Shown: one piece after another, positions 1 to 10,481 of the stretch
Numbering within the stretch: position 1 is the stretch's first letter
Layout of the letters: every line of letters begins with the position of its first letter
Assembly (NCBI GenBank): GCA_965216565.1
Contig: OZ244170.1
Span: 4,128,001-4,192,000 of the forward strand
Direction: 5' to 3'
From: Bythopirellula sp.
Lineage (GTDB): Bacteria > Planctomycetota > Planctomycetia > Pirellulales > Lacipirellulaceae
DNA: 64,000 nt
The notes under the pieces: generated by a model
Databases searched by the model: none
The model's input: only the letters and a program-made list of their open reading frames with translations
Told to the model about the DNA's origin: nothing
Made by a program: the position numbers and the translations under genes

Positions 1-1031
1 CCCCCGTCATTACGAGATCCCAACTGCTCCCATCTCTTTGGATCGATTTCATAAGTGAGCACATGCACGGACCCATCGCAATTGGCGGCCTGATAGATTC
101 CTGGGTGAGACGAGCCGAAGCGAAACGTAGCAGATTCTCGAGGCCCTTCGGTATCGGGTCGCGGCATCCCAGGCATCAATCCATTGCCCGGATTTACATA
201 ACTGCTGGCCCAGCGAATCGTGTCGTACTCGTACCCCTGGTAGACGGCGTTGTTATCGGATTCCAAATTGGCACCGTGCTGGGGATCGTGATAGTCAACG
301 TGCAGAGACCGCTCAGAGACAAGCATCGTCTGCGCCGCACCGTCCGTAATCTCCTGTAGTGTGACGCCAAACCGTGGAACGACTACGCCATCGAACTTGT
401 CGGCCTGCTCTCTACTGAACAATCCATTGCAGAAGTAGGGATAATATTGAGCGCAGCGGGGATGGGGACCCGCTGGTCGGCCTTGTTTGTCTGGAGTCGT
501 CATGGCCGGGATTGCGCAGCCGCCATTGGCGGCGTAGTCGGTTTTCGCGACCATGTGGTCCTGGGGCTGATCGGAATTGACCGAACGTTCGGGAGCGAAG
601 CTTAGTCCGACCGAGGTTCGACTGGGGCAATGAAACAGGGGAACGACTGCCGTCTTGAGCCGCACTAGCTCCTGCTTCTTTTCCGCCCAAGGGAGACCCG
701 AGCCTATCGCACGCACATGGCTGTGCTCAATAAAGTCTAGGAGAGAATAAGGCCAACCGCCGGGCTGCTTATCCCCGAAGCCCAGATCTGGATCGCCAAC
801 CCAGCGATGCCCCCAGCCCCCCGGTGGTAGAGTGCCATGAACAGACTCATGCGTCAGGCAACCCAACGCCATCTGCTTGAGGTGGTTTGAGCATTGCAGG
901 CGACGCGCTGATTCACGAGCCGACTGGATCGCCGGCAGTAATAGCGACACGAGAATTCCAATGCTGGCTATCACTACCAACAATTCGATGAGCGTAAAAC
1001 CATATTTCGAGTGATTGTCTGGGCGAAACAT
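1..1031 (-). CDS. DUF1559 prepilin-type N-terminal cleavage/methylation protein (partial, runs off left edge; absent from ORF track)
   Basis: Manual translation from ATG at 1031: [57 protein letters not shown]...[23 protein letters not shown]...[18 protein letters not shown] (H-X9-DG motif). Paralog of 9358..10455. Confidence 0.9.
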   Translation of the reverse strand, partial: MFRPDNHSKYGFTLIELLVVIASIGILVSLLLPAIQSARESARRLQCSNHLKQMALGCLTHESVHGTLPPGGWGHRWVGDPDLGFGDKQPGGWPYSLLDFIEHSHVRAIGSGLPWAEKKQELVRLKTAVVPLFHCPSRTSVGLSFAPERSVNSDQPQDHMVAKTDYAANGGCAIPAMTTPDKQGRPAGPHPRCAQYYPYFCNGLFSREQADKFDGVVVPRFGVTLQEITDGAAQTMLVSERSLHVDYHDPQHGANLESDNNAVYQGYEYDTIRWASSYVNPGNGLMPGMPRPDTEGPRESATFRFGSSHPGIYQAANCDGSVHVLTYEIDPKRWEQLGSRNDG

Positions 1032-1034
1032 TGT

Positions 1035-2747
1035 TCACTTTACAATCTTATTGGGACGAGGTTTTCCGCGTTCTTCGGGGAATGGAAACACATTCGATTC
1101 GGTAGCCCACTGCTTCCACTTCCCGTGAAGTTCAGAAGCGAGAGCCGGATGCTGTTTCACCACATTGTCAGTTTCGCTGCGATCGTGCGACATGTCGTAG
1201 AGTTCCCAGCTATCTTGATTGCGGTCGTCAAGAGTCACCAGTTTCCAGTCTCCCTCGCGGATAGCGGCATGATTGAGATGCTGCCAGTACAAAGTGCGAT
1301 TCTCGGGAGTCTCAACGTTGCCAGTCAGATACGGCATCATACTGATGCCCGGCGCCGGCTTTACGGGACGGCCGTCATGCTGCGATGGATAACTTGCATC
1401 GCCGAGTTCGCAGAGCGTCGGCATGATATCGACTAAGTGAAACACTTGGTTGCCCACAATTTGCCCGCCTTGGGCGATCCCCTCTGGCCAGTGGGCTACG
1501 AAAGGAGACGCAATGCCTCCCTCATGGACGTACTGCTTGTATTTGCGAAGTGGAGTATTGGAGTAGTGAGCCCAGCATTGCCCTTGCGAAATACTCCAAC
1601 CCCCTTCCTTACGCCACTCTGGGTAATTTGCGCGTTTGTACTCGGGCCAGTTCATGCCATAAAGATCTAGTTCTCCCGAACAGCCATTGTCGGAGAAAAA
1701 CATAACAATCGTGTTGTCCAATGCTCCCTGCTGCTCGAGCCGTTCGACAATACGACCTATCCCTTGGTCCATTCGTTCGACCTGCGCTGCATAAATCGCC
1801 CGACGAAAATCCAGTTCTTCTTGTTCTTCACTTTCCAAGCCATTCCACTCGGGCAAGTTGCTGCGATCAACTAAGTCCTTAAATGGAAGTCCCTCGACAG
1901 GGACTTCTTCATGCTGTTTGCCTTGGGGTAGCTTCTGACTGTTGGGGAGGAGTCCCATCTTTTGCATTCGATTGAATTTCTCCTCACGCAACACATTCCA
2001 ACCTTTCTTGTATCGTCCGCGATATTTCTCGATGAGATCGTCGGGCGCTTCCAGAGGAAAATGTGGTGTGTTGTAGCATACATGTAGCAGAAAGGGCTGA
2101 TCTTGATCCTTTGTGGCTTGATCGATGTAGTCACAAGCCGCATCCGTGAAGAAGTCTGTCGTGTAGAACTCCTCGTCAGGACGATAAGGGTTTATCGGGT
2201 TTTCCTGGGCCTCGATCATCAGTTTTCCATCACGATAGATGTCGCAGCCTTTGAGCACCTTCCAATAGCTATCGATGTGAAGATAGATTCCGGTGAAGTG
2301 GTCAAACCCTCGGACTTCTGGCTTCGCCGCTGGCACGTGTCCCGCATGCCATTTACCGGTCATGTAGGTTGCATAACCGGCTGCCTTCAACACGTCTGCG
2401 AAGGTTACACAGTTGTCGTTGAGGTGACCCCGATATCCTTTGCCCGGGTAGTTCTGATAGACCATCAGCCCCATCCCTGCTTGGTGGGGATAAAGACCTG
2501 TTAGCAAACTCGCTCGCGAAGGGCAACAACGTCCTGTGTTGTAAAACTGAGTAAGGCGTACACCACTGGCAGCTAGCCGATCCAAACTTGGTGTATCGAT
2601 TTCGCCGCCAAAGCACCCGATATCGGAGTAGCCCAAGTCGTCGGCAAAGATCAACACAACGTTAGGCCGCTCGCCTGCCAGGCTAGACGATTCCAGGGAC
2701 AGAAATGCAATCAGGACAACCACATTGACATAATCTAGGCGATTCAT
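1035..2747 (-). CDS. Arylsulfatase (formylglycine-dependent, family S1), secreted
   Basis: Signal peptide; PNVVLIFADDLG; CCPSRASLLTG (CxPxR); GKWH; SDNG; ELYD motifs. Confidence 0.95.
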   Translation of the reverse strand: MNRLDYVNVVVLIAFLSLESSSLAGERPNVVLIFADDLGYSDIGCFGGEIDTPSLDRLAASGVRLTQFYNTGRCCPSRASLLTGLYPHQAGMGLMVYQNYPGKGYRGHLNDNCVTFADVLKAAGYATYMTGKWHAGHVPAAKPEVRGFDHFTGIYLHIDSYWKVLKGCDIYRDGKLMIEAQENPINPYRPDEEFYTTDFFTDAACDYIDQATKDQDQPFLLHVCYNTPHFPLEAPDDLIEKYRGRYKKGWNVLREEKFNRMQKMGLLPNSQKLPQGKQHEEVPVEGLPFKDLVDRSNLPEWNGLESEEQEELDFRRAIYAAQVERMDQGIGRIVERLEQQGALDNTIVMFFSDNGCSGELDLYGMNWPEYKRANYPEWRKEGGWSISQGQCWAHYSNTPLRKYKQYVHEGGIASPFVAHWPEGIAQGGQIVGNQVFHLVDIMPTLCELGDASYPSQHDGRPVKPAPGISMMPYLTGNVETPENRTLYWQHLNHAAIREGDWKLVTLDDRNQDSWELYDMSHDRSETDNVVKQHPALASELHGKWKQWATESNVFPFPEERGKPRPNKIVK

Positions 2748-3862
2748 TGCGACGGCCCTTCACTCGTCGAGAATGTATACACCGTCTTGGTTCGATACTC
2801 CTCGCCTGGCTTTAGTATTGTCGAGGGGAAATCACTTTGATTGGGGCTGTCGGGGAAATGTTGCGTCTCTAGGCAAAACCCGCCTCGGTGAACATATTGC
2901 TTGCCAGACTTACCGGTGAGACGACCATCGAGAAAATTCCCCGAGTAGAATTGGATGCCAGGCTCTTCGGTACGAATCTCCACAACTCGGCCGCTGGTTG
3001 GTTCGTAGATGCGTGCTGCCAACCGCATCTCTCCGGCTGATCCCTCCAAAACGAAGTTATGGTCGTAGCCCAGACCAAACTTTAGCTGCTCGTTCTCTTG
3101 GTTGATGTCTTTTCCAATTGGTTTCGGGCTCGTGAAATCAAACGGCGTTCCCTCAACTTGCTTGAGTTCGCCGTTTGGAATCAGGGTTTCGTCAACCGGA
3201 GTAAACCGCGAGGCATTGAGCATCAGCTCATGGTCGAGAATCGTCCCTTCGCCGTGTCCTTTCAAATTGAAATAGGAGTGCTGCGTCAGATTAACCGGCG
3301 TGGCCTTGTCTGTTGTCGCAAAGTATTCCACCGCCAGGGTATTGTCATCGAATAGCTTGTAGATCACCTGCACATCAAGATTGCCCGGGTAGCCTTCTTC
3401 GCCATCTTTGGCTGCGTAAGTTAGCTCAAGCCCAGTCCAAGATTCTCCGGTAATTGGTTTTGCATCCCAGACAACTTTATCGAAGCCAATGACTCCACCA
3501 TGAAGATGATTCTCACCATTATTTGTCGCTAGCGTGTATTCTGAACCGTTGAGAGTAAACGTGCCTTTTGCGATCCGATTTCCATAGCGTCCAACAATCG
3601 CACCAAAGTACGGTTTGTCGACCGCGTTTATATAACCTTCGACGTTGTCGTACCCTAATACGATGTCGCCCATGTTCCCGTTACGATCAGGAACGATAAT
3701 GGAACTGATGATTGCGCCAAAGTTGGTAATCTTGACCGTAATCCCCTCTGAGTTGGTGAGCGTATAGAGAAGGATGTCGTCAAAGTCGTCGACTTTGACA
3801 TCTGCCGCACGGGTGGCCGAACTCAGTAACAAGCCGAGCAATAAAGCAGCAATAACTTTCAC
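2744..3862 (-). CDS. galM: Aldose 1-epimerase (galactose mutarotase), with signal peptide
   Basis: GRYGNRI, NHLHGG, NLTQHSYFNL, GYDHNF, CLETQHFPDSPN motifs. Confidence 0.93.
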   Translation of the reverse strand: MKVIAALLLGLLLSSATRAADVKVDDFDDILLYTLTNSEGITVKITNFGAIISSIIVPDRNGNMGDIVLGYDNVEGYINAVDKPYFGAIVGRYGNRIAKGTFTLNGSEYTLATNNGENHLHGGVIGFDKVVWDAKPITGESWTGLELTYAAKDGEEGYPGNLDVQVIYKLFDDNTLAVEYFATTDKATPVNLTQHSYFNLKGHGEGTILDHELMLNASRFTPVDETLIPNGELKQVEGTPFDFTSPKPIGKDINQENEQLKFGLGYDHNFVLEGSAGEMRLAARIYEPTSGRVVEIRTEEPGIQFYSGNFLDGRLTGKSGKQYVHRGGFCLETQHFPDSPNQSDFPSTILKPGEEYRTKTVYTFSTSEGPSQ

Positions 3863-3905
3863 GGATGGTTCTCCCTAAATCACGTTGATGTGTGGTGCAT
3901 TGCAA

Positions 3906-5939
3906 TCAGAATACGGTTGGAAATCCACTGATCCTTAGGGTTGTGCAACCGTAAGGAACAAGCGTAATCGGCTCGGCTTGGGCGTCGTTCGGCTTTTCCT
4001 GGGGACTCCAAGGAATAGGTCCCGCCATTTCGTTGTAGAGTTTCCAGTGCGGAAGCCTGATCCCCTTGGTCTGGATTTCGATCGGCGCTGAGCTTAAGGT
4101 CCAGGGGTTCTCCGCGGTGATTTCGTGATGCACAATTTGGTAGTGTTGTGCAAGATCTTTGAGAGAGTCCTCAAGAATCGCATAGTTCCAAGGAGTCTTG
4201 GGATGCACTTCCTGGTAGTCGCCGTGGTCGCTCCAAGTTTCTTCAATCTTGAGGGCAAACAGCAACGGCCCGCGATGGAATCCAACGCTGTTCTCATGCC
4301 AACGTTTCGTGATCAGTTGCATCGGAAGTTTGAGTTCAATTGCGTCCCCCGACTGCCATTCACGATCAAGAACAACAATACCCCCAGTTGTGGAACCCTT
4401 CTGAAGCTCGCCATTGACGCGCACTTCTGGCGACTCGCACCAGCCAGGAATTCGCAGGTGAAATGGAAATCGAACTTGTTCTTCCATTTGTAATTCAAAA
4501 GTCACTCGACTGCGGAAAGGATACTCAGTCTTCTCAGTCACGGTGACTTCTGTGCCGAGTTCGCCAACTTTCGCGGTCACTGTGCTAGGCGCGTAGACCA
4601 AAGCAGCCAGCCCATTGTCGGCCGAGGCCATCCACAGATGTTGGGTGAATTTGGGCCAGGCCTGATGCAGATTGCAAGTGCAGCAGGGATAGCCAGAGAG
4701 CAGGCCGAATACCATTCGGTCGGGCTCGTTGTTATAGAAATTGCGCGTGCCGTGAGACACCATCACTTGGTTCGCCAGTTGAAAATATTGCCTCGTGTGG
4801 CAGTCGTCGCTGATCTGAGAGGTCAACACATTGAAGGCGGCCGACTCCAGGCGGTCGGCAAATTCAGTGTCTCCGGTAATCTCCAGCATTTTTTCCAGAG
4901 AGAACATCATCTCGACGACCGTGCACAGTTCGGACCCACGCGTTAGGGTCTTGCCATGCAACGCTTCATCGCCGCCGAAAAGTCCATGAGGTTGGCCATG
5001 GAACCGTTCTAGGTCCAGGAAGGCTTTTTTGACGGATCTCAGATACCTGGGGTCGTTTTGAGATTGGGAGTATACCACCGGTGCCTTCATCCCTTGGGCG
5101 AGATTCACACAGTGGAACGGGTACGCTGTCGCATCCTTGGCAGTCCACTGCTTTTCATTGAAGGGACCTTCCGTCGCGATATCTCCTCGCTTAAGAAAAA
5201 TCTCAGTGTAGGGATGCGTCTGCGAGTGGATCAGGTCGCCCAGTTCAAGCAGAAATTCATCCCCAGTGATATTGTAAAGCCAGTAAACGATCAGCAGATT
5301 GTCGGCACCGCGTCGGTTGCCCCAGAATGTCCAGTGGCCCAAGGGAGTCTTGGGCAATTCTGTTAGTTGGAATCGGAAATATCGCGTCAGAGCCTCGATG
5401 ACGCGCTCGTCTCCCGTAGCCATGTAGTGCTGCTTAAGCGCCTTGAGCATGACCATCTTTGGCCACCAGTCCCTGCGCTTATCTCGCTGCAAACCGGGCT
5501 CAGGCTCGGGTGGGCTAGTAAATGGAATCGGCCCCAGGTAGCCGTCTTCGCGTTGGTGGGTGAGCGTCCACTCGACCCATCGCTCTGCCTTGGCAACTAG
5601 AACTGGATCGTCAAGTATGTGTGCCAGAGGCAACAGCCCGTCGATCCAATACGGACCTCGTTCCCAGCCATCACCATCGCCCCCCAGCCAACCGTTGCGT
5701 TCGCCAACCACCTGGGGGTAGAGTTCGTCGAGGTGGCCCGACATTCCGGCGGCCATTCTCTCGAGTTGATCCCTTAGCCATCCCTGGGGACGAATTGTTC
5801 CTAAAGGCAATTCCGTATACGGCTTGTTTACTAGGGGAGCCCGATTGGTGATGTAATGCGAGTTTCTCTTTTCGTCGTCATCAGCCAGGCAAGGTTGCAC
5901 GAAGCCGGCATAAATTACAGTGAGAAAAACGTATCGCAT
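3906..5939 (-). CDS. GH127/GH146-like beta-L-arabinofuranosidase-domain glycoside hydrolase
   Basis: LPLGTIRPQGWL, WERGPYWIDG, SELC and YPCC (Zn/Cys motifs), LRIPGW, RGPLLFAL, LVPYG. Confidence 0.88.
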   Translation of the reverse strand: MRYVFLTVIYAGFVQPCLADDDEKRNSHYITNRAPLVNKPYTELPLGTIRPQGWLRDQLERMAAGMSGHLDELYPQVVGERNGWLGGDGDGWERGPYWIDGLLPLAHILDDPVLVAKAERWVEWTLTHQREDGYLGPIPFTSPPEPEPGLQRDKRRDWWPKMVMLKALKQHYMATGDERVIEALTRYFRFQLTELPKTPLGHWTFWGNRRGADNLLIVYWLYNITGDEFLLELGDLIHSQTHPYTEIFLKRGDIATEGPFNEKQWTAKDATAYPFHCVNLAQGMKAPVVYSQSQNDPRYLRSVKKAFLDLERFHGQPHGLFGGDEALHGKTLTRGSELCTVVEMMFSLEKMLEITGDTEFADRLESAAFNVLTSQISDDCHTRQYFQLANQVMVSHGTRNFYNNEPDRMVFGLLSGYPCCTCNLHQAWPKFTQHLWMASADNGLAALVYAPSTVTAKVGELGTEVTVTEKTEYPFRSRVTFELQMEEQVRFPFHLRIPGWCESPEVRVNGELQKGSTTGGIVVLDREWQSGDAIELKLPMQLITKRWHENSVGFHRGPLLFALKIEETWSDHGDYQEVHPKTPWNYAILEDSLKDLAQHYQIVHHEITAENPWTLSSAPIEIQTKGIRLPHWKLYNEMAGPIPWSPQEKPNDAQAEPITLVPYGCTTLRISGFPTVF

Positions 5940-6001
5940 CGTGCCGCTAGTACCGAGCTGAAATTCAATGTCAGATTTAGGTTTGCGACCGCGAAAGCCG
6001 C

Positions 6002-8608
6002 TCAGTGTGGGTTTCTCCCCGATGATTCGGCCACTCGCTCTTCGGCCGTATCCTCTTCGAAGGCAACTTTAATCTCCAGGACTCCAACGCACGCATCTTC
6101 TTGCGGCGTCATGAGAACCCGGATGGCATCGCAGTTCAGCTCCGCGGCGGGGTGTACGACGTTGTACTGGTTAACTCGCACTCCGTACTCGTCGGTCACA
6201 TAGAGATCCATCGGAACCCACTCGCCTCCCTTGTGGACTTCCACGGACCAATCGGCCGGGAGTCTTACATCGCTATGGTTGTCGTACCAATAGAGCCCAA
6301 CGCTGCGTAGCGTTTTTTCTTCAGAAAACCGCCCCTCAATCCACTGTTTCTTACCCTTCTGAGGACGACTCGACCACCGTGAATCTTTATTGCCATTGGA
6401 CCATCGCGGCTCTTTCCTGTCGCCTACAGCCGAAATCGTATCCTCGGAAAAAGTGTGCGATGCAGTTACTTTCGAAAACGGACTCTCCTCAGGCAACGAG
6501 GTCGGGTCGAACACAGCCAAAGAGCGATCACGCGGGAACCAGACGTTCATCGAACTCACCCCACGGTTGTTCCATGCATAATAAGGAGTGAGAACAAGCT
6601 CGACCTGCTCCACTTGTCCATCGGCGGATATCGCATTAGCTGGGATTGTTGCTTGAACAAAAGAACCGGCATCAATCGACTTCTCTGAAACAACCGCTGA
6701 TGAAGTATCTGGCGGATTTTCAAAGAAGAATCGTTGTGTGGCTCCGACGTTGTCTACACCTTCGGCACACAATACGAGCGGACCTCGCGTTAGTGCAATA
6801 CGGTTACGGTTGGCCTCGACGGCAGGATGACACTCAGTGACTCGCACAGGCATGGGCAGCCGCAGGTTGACACGGTCGCCGGCTTTCCATTCTCGTTCAA
6901 TGGAAGCAAACCCCATTTCAATATCAGTGTCCACCGCGGTTCCATTCACAGTGATCTGAATCTGTTCTTCTGTGGAGTCCGCATAACGATATAAGTCGCC
7001 TGGCACGAATTGATCTTGTGCCCAGGTTGGGATTCTCAGTAGCAAGCGAAACCTAGATGGCTCTGATGGCCCCAGGACCACGCTTATCTCGCCATCATTG
7101 GGGTAGGTGGTCTGCTGCTTCACAGAAACGTCCGCGCCCTCAAGCTCAACCGTCGTGTCACTTTCGGCATAGAAGGTGACGTACAGGTCGTTTCCATTGT
7201 GGGCGTAGGTCATGCCCGCGACTTGGGGTAACAAGCGAGCGATATTTGAAGGACAACATGCAGTTCCGAACCAAGGGGCTCGGCCGGCTGTGCCGTGGTT
7301 GAACGGATATTTACCATCGGCCTCGAGAGGATTGACATAAAAGAATCGATTGCCTTCTAGATTAACTGCTGCGAGCACGTTATTCAGTAGGGCAACCTCG
7401 GCCACATCGAGATACTTTGCGTCCTTGTGCAGCAAAAACATTCGGTAGTTGAACAGAACATTTCCAACGGCCGCACATGTTTCATTGAACGCATCAGCGT
7501 TGGGCAAAACATAGGCCGGACCGAATCCTTCGATGCCATGTACCGCGCCGAGACCGCCTGTGATGTGCATGCGGGTGTTGGTGATATTGCTCCAAATATG
7601 CCCCAAGGCAGAGCCATAGGCGGGTTGCTCGGTGAGCGTTCCCACGTCGGCCATGGCTGAATAAAGGTATGTCGCGCGGACGGCGTGGCCAACTGCTTCC
7701 TTCTGCTCTGCCACCGGCGCATGTTGCTGTGCATAGGTAGGGGCAAGCACTCCCTCGCCATCGGGAACGTAAGTGACTCCCCTGATTTCCAAGAACTTTC
7801 TCGCCATATCGAGATATAGCTGCTTGCCGGTGACGCGGAATAGTTTCACCAGGGCTAGTTCTATCTCTTGATGCCCTGGTGCCTGATTGATCGGTTTGCC
7901 ATCGTTGAAATCTGGGTCACCTTCAAAAATAACTCGGTTGATGTGCTGAGCACTCTTTTCGGCAACCTTCAGCAATTTGTCCTTGCCGGTAGCTTGAAAA
8001 TAGGCGATCGCAGCTTCGTACATGTGCCCCACGTTGTAGAGCTCGTGGCTGTGCACCACGTACTCGTAGGGGGCGTCGCCCATCATTTGTTTCGAAGTTC
8101 CAACACCTGTTGTATGCGAAGGATAGAGGTAGCCGTTCTCATGCTGGGCCGATTCGATGATTTCTGCGAGTTCATCGAGTTTCGCTTCTAACTCGGGGTC
8201 TTGTCGCAATTGCAGTAAGTACGCCGCGCCTTCCATAACTTTGTAGAGGTCTGAATCTATAAACCGGTGCGGCCTATGCCCTTCCACTTTTTTCCCCGCC
8301 AAGTAATCACGGGCAGCCTTCAGGTGGTCGACCCCTGGCTGAGTTCGCTCAAACGCAAAGGGGACCAGCACCTCGCGCTGCGTTACCAGTCGAGGCCTCC
8401 AGAAGTCGCTGGACATGTTCACTTCGTTAAAGGGAACTGGCTTAAGAGGGTAATCAGATGTTATGCGATCTGATTGACGGTTATCACCGCCCTTCCCTTC
8501 CGCCCCTTCCACACAGTTCATGGCAACGACAAGAAAAGTCACCAAACAAAAGCCCGCGCCGAGCCAGAGCTTTGCTTGCAAAAAATTGGGTTGGACCGAC
8601 TTTTTCAT
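6002..8608 (-). CDS. GH127 glycoside hydrolase with C-terminal discoidin/F5-8-like module
   Basis: FIDSDLYKVMEG, HELYNVGH, GHQEIELAL, GHAVRATY, NETCAAVG, ACCPSN, RGPLVLCAE, PYYAWNNRG. Confidence 0.93.
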   Translation of the reverse strand: MKKSVQPNFLQAKLWLGAGFCLVTFLVVAMNCVEGAEGKGGDNRQSDRITSDYPLKPVPFNEVNMSSDFWRPRLVTQREVLVPFAFERTQPGVDHLKAARDYLAGKKVEGHRPHRFIDSDLYKVMEGAAYLLQLRQDPELEAKLDELAEIIESAQHENGYLYPSHTTGVGTSKQMMGDAPYEYVVHSHELYNVGHMYEAAIAYFQATGKDKLLKVAEKSAQHINRVIFEGDPDFNDGKPINQAPGHQEIELALVKLFRVTGKQLYLDMARKFLEIRGVTYVPDGEGVLAPTYAQQHAPVAEQKEAVGHAVRATYLYSAMADVGTLTEQPAYGSALGHIWSNITNTRMHITGGLGAVHGIEGFGPAYVLPNADAFNETCAAVGNVLFNYRMFLLHKDAKYLDVAEVALLNNVLAAVNLEGNRFFYVNPLEADGKYPFNHGTAGRAPWFGTACCPSNIARLLPQVAGMTYAHNGNDLYVTFYAESDTTVELEGADVSVKQQTTYPNDGEISVVLGPSEPSRFRLLLRIPTWAQDQFVPGDLYRYADSTEEQIQITVNGTAVDTDIEMGFASIEREWKAGDRVNLRLPMPVRVTECHPAVEANRNRIALTRGPLVLCAEGVDNVGATQRFFFENPPDTSSAVVSEKSIDAGSFVQATIPANAISADGQVEQVELVLTPYYAWNNRGVSSMNVWFPRDRSLAVFDPTSLPEESPFSKVTASHTFSEDTISAVGDRKEPRWSNGNKDSRWSSRPQKGKKQWIEGRFSEEKTLRSVGLYWYDNHSDVRLPADWSVEVHKGGEWVPMDLYVTDEYGVRVNQYNVVHPAAELNCDAIRVLMTPQEDACVGVLEIKVAFEEDTAEERVAESSGRNPH

Positions 8609-8643
8609 AAAAATTTCCGCTTCACTACTGAGAACAACGAGTA

Positions 8644-9213
8644 CTACTTAATCTCAAATTCCATTCTGCTCACATCAGCAACATCGTCGGCGAATTCTGC
8701 GCCGAATGTTTTGGTCCCGTTCGGTCCTGAAAGCTCAACCTTATAAAGTCCCAAAGGTAGCCCCAGCAAATCGGGATCATCACTCTCGGGCACTACCGAT
8801 CCTCCGGGATTGGTGATCCCTTTGAAGACGGGTAGCCCCTCGCCCATGAAGCTCTCTAATTCAACCGCCACCTCAGCACCAACGACTGGTCTTTTCTTCC
8901 GCATAAATTGCAACTCTGTGATGACGTACTTCGACATCGACTTGTATTCAGTCAGTCGGTTTTTAATCTCTTCCGCAGTTAGGCTGCCGTCCCCGTCAGT
9001 ATCGATGTTTCCCAGTGCTGTTTTCAAAGCCGGGCTAGCTTTCAATTCTGCCCCGGCGATCTTTCCGTCTTGGTCGGTGTCGTACTTGCTCATCGCTAAT
9101 TCAGCAGACTTCGTCGGCTCGTAAGTCTGTGGCACCACAGGGCCCGAACATCCTTGGAATGCGAAGAAGCCGATTGACAAAATCGGTAAACAGTAACCCC
9201 GCTTTAAATTCAT
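8644..9213 (-). CDS. Lipoprotein with two EF-hand-like loops (DUF1559 partner type)
   Basis: Lipobox FQG-C; DTDQDGKIAGAE and DTDGDGSLTAEE; lies directly downstream of a DUF1559 gene. Confidence 0.75.
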   Translation of the reverse strand: MNLKRGYCLPILSIGFFAFQGCSGPVVPQTYEPTKSAELAMSKYDTDQDGKIAGAELKASPALKTALGNIDTDGDGSLTAEEIKNRLTEYKSMSKYVITELQFMRKKRPVVGAEVAVELESFMGEGLPVFKGITNPGGSVVPESDDPDLLGLPLGLYKVELSGPNGTKTFGAEFADDVADVSRMEFEIK

Positions 9214-9357
9214 TCGGTAGAACCTTGCGAATCCATTTTTGTGTTGCTGACCTTTTGTCTTGAGAGGAGAAAACGATAATTACGGAAAAGTGTGCTGTAT
9301 TGAATACGATCCTAGTGAGTTTCTTTCCAACAAAATGAAGTACTATCGGCTCAAGGA

Positions 9358-10455
9358 TTAGGGAGCTATGCCAAGGGCGATTTCCCCCTGACATTGGCCA
9401 CCGCCGTCGTTCCGCGCTCCCAAACGTTCCCATTCATCTGGATCAATATCGTAGGAATACGCCTTCACCGATCCGTCGCACATACAGCCCAAATACACAC
9501 TGGGATGAGAGGAGCCAAATCGATATGTGGCTGCCTCGCGAGGTCCTTCCGTATCGGGCCGAGGCATGCCGATCATGTCGCCCCTGAAATCTACAAACCC
9601 GCTGGACCATCGTGTCGTGTCCCAATCGTACCCCTGGTACATCGAGTTGTTGTCTGAGGGAAGATTTCCTCCATGCTGCGAGTCATGGTAATCGACATGC
9701 AGGGAACGCTCGCCAATCAGCAACGTGTTTGACGTACCATCTGTAATCTCTTGCAATTTGACGCCAAACCTGGGCACGAACGCGCCGTCAAACTTGTCTG
9801 ATTGCTCTCTATCAAAGAGACCACCGCAAAATAGATCAAGTGGATAGAATTCCGCGCAGCGAAGCTGGGGACCAGCTGGGCGCCCTTGACGATCGACAGT
9901 TGTTATTTGAGGAATCCCGCAACCGCCACTAGCGGCGTAGTCTGTCTTTGCCACCAGGCTATCGGGCACATCATCGGCGTTAACCGAGTCTTCTGGACCA
10001 TAACCAAGTTCCGGCGCTCTTCGGCTGGGACAATAGAACATGGGGACGGGAGTCTGCTTCTGTCTCAGCAAAGCTGCACTCTTGTCAGCGGCGCTTAGAC
10101 CCGAACCAATCGTTGCGACGGCACCCTGCTCAAGATAATAGAGCAAGGAGAACGTCCAGCCCCCGGGCTGCTTTTCTCCGAAACCCATGTCCGGGTCACC
10201 TGTCCAGCGATGGCCCCAGCCGCTAGAGGGGAGATAGCCAAGAGCGGATTCATGATTCAAGCACCCCAGACCCATCTGCTTGAGGTTGTTCGTGCATTGG
10301 ACCCGACGAGCTGCTTCTCGCGCTGCCTGAACAGCTGGCAACAACAGCGCCACAAGGATTCCGATGATCGCAATCACGACTAGCAGTTCCACTAGGGTGA
10401 AACCCTTGAGTCTTCGCGAATATGTTCTTTGGAAATATTTCATGTTCTTATTCAC
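9358..10455 (-). CDS. DUF1559 prepilin-type protein with H-X9-DG motif
   Basis: [60 protein letters not shown]. Confidence 0.95.
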   Translation of the reverse strand: MNKNMKYFQRTYSRRLKGFTLVELLVVIAIIGILVALLLPAVQAAREAARRVQCTNNLKQMGLGCLNHESALGYLPSSGWGHRWTGDPDMGFGEKQPGGWTFSLLYYLEQGAVATIGSGLSAADKSAALLRQKQTPVPMFYCPSRRAPELGYGPEDSVNADDVPDSLVAKTDYAASGGCGIPQITTVDRQGRPAGPQLRCAEFYPLDLFCGGLFDREQSDKFDGAFVPRFGVKLQEITDGTSNTLLIGERSLHVDYHDSQHGGNLPSDNNSMYQGYDWDTTRWSSGFVDFRGDMIGMPRPDTEGPREAATYRFGSSHPSVYLGCMCDGSVKAYSYDIDPDEWERLGARNDGGGQCQGEIALGIAP

Positions 10456-10481
10456 CTAAGAGTTCTAAACCTAGAGCCTTT

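Noticed and set aside
700..830. Suspected frameshift in the G-run of the left DUF1559 gene
   Set aside because: Recounting gives CCG GGG GGC TGG GGG CAT in frame. The gene is missing from the track only because it runs off the edge.
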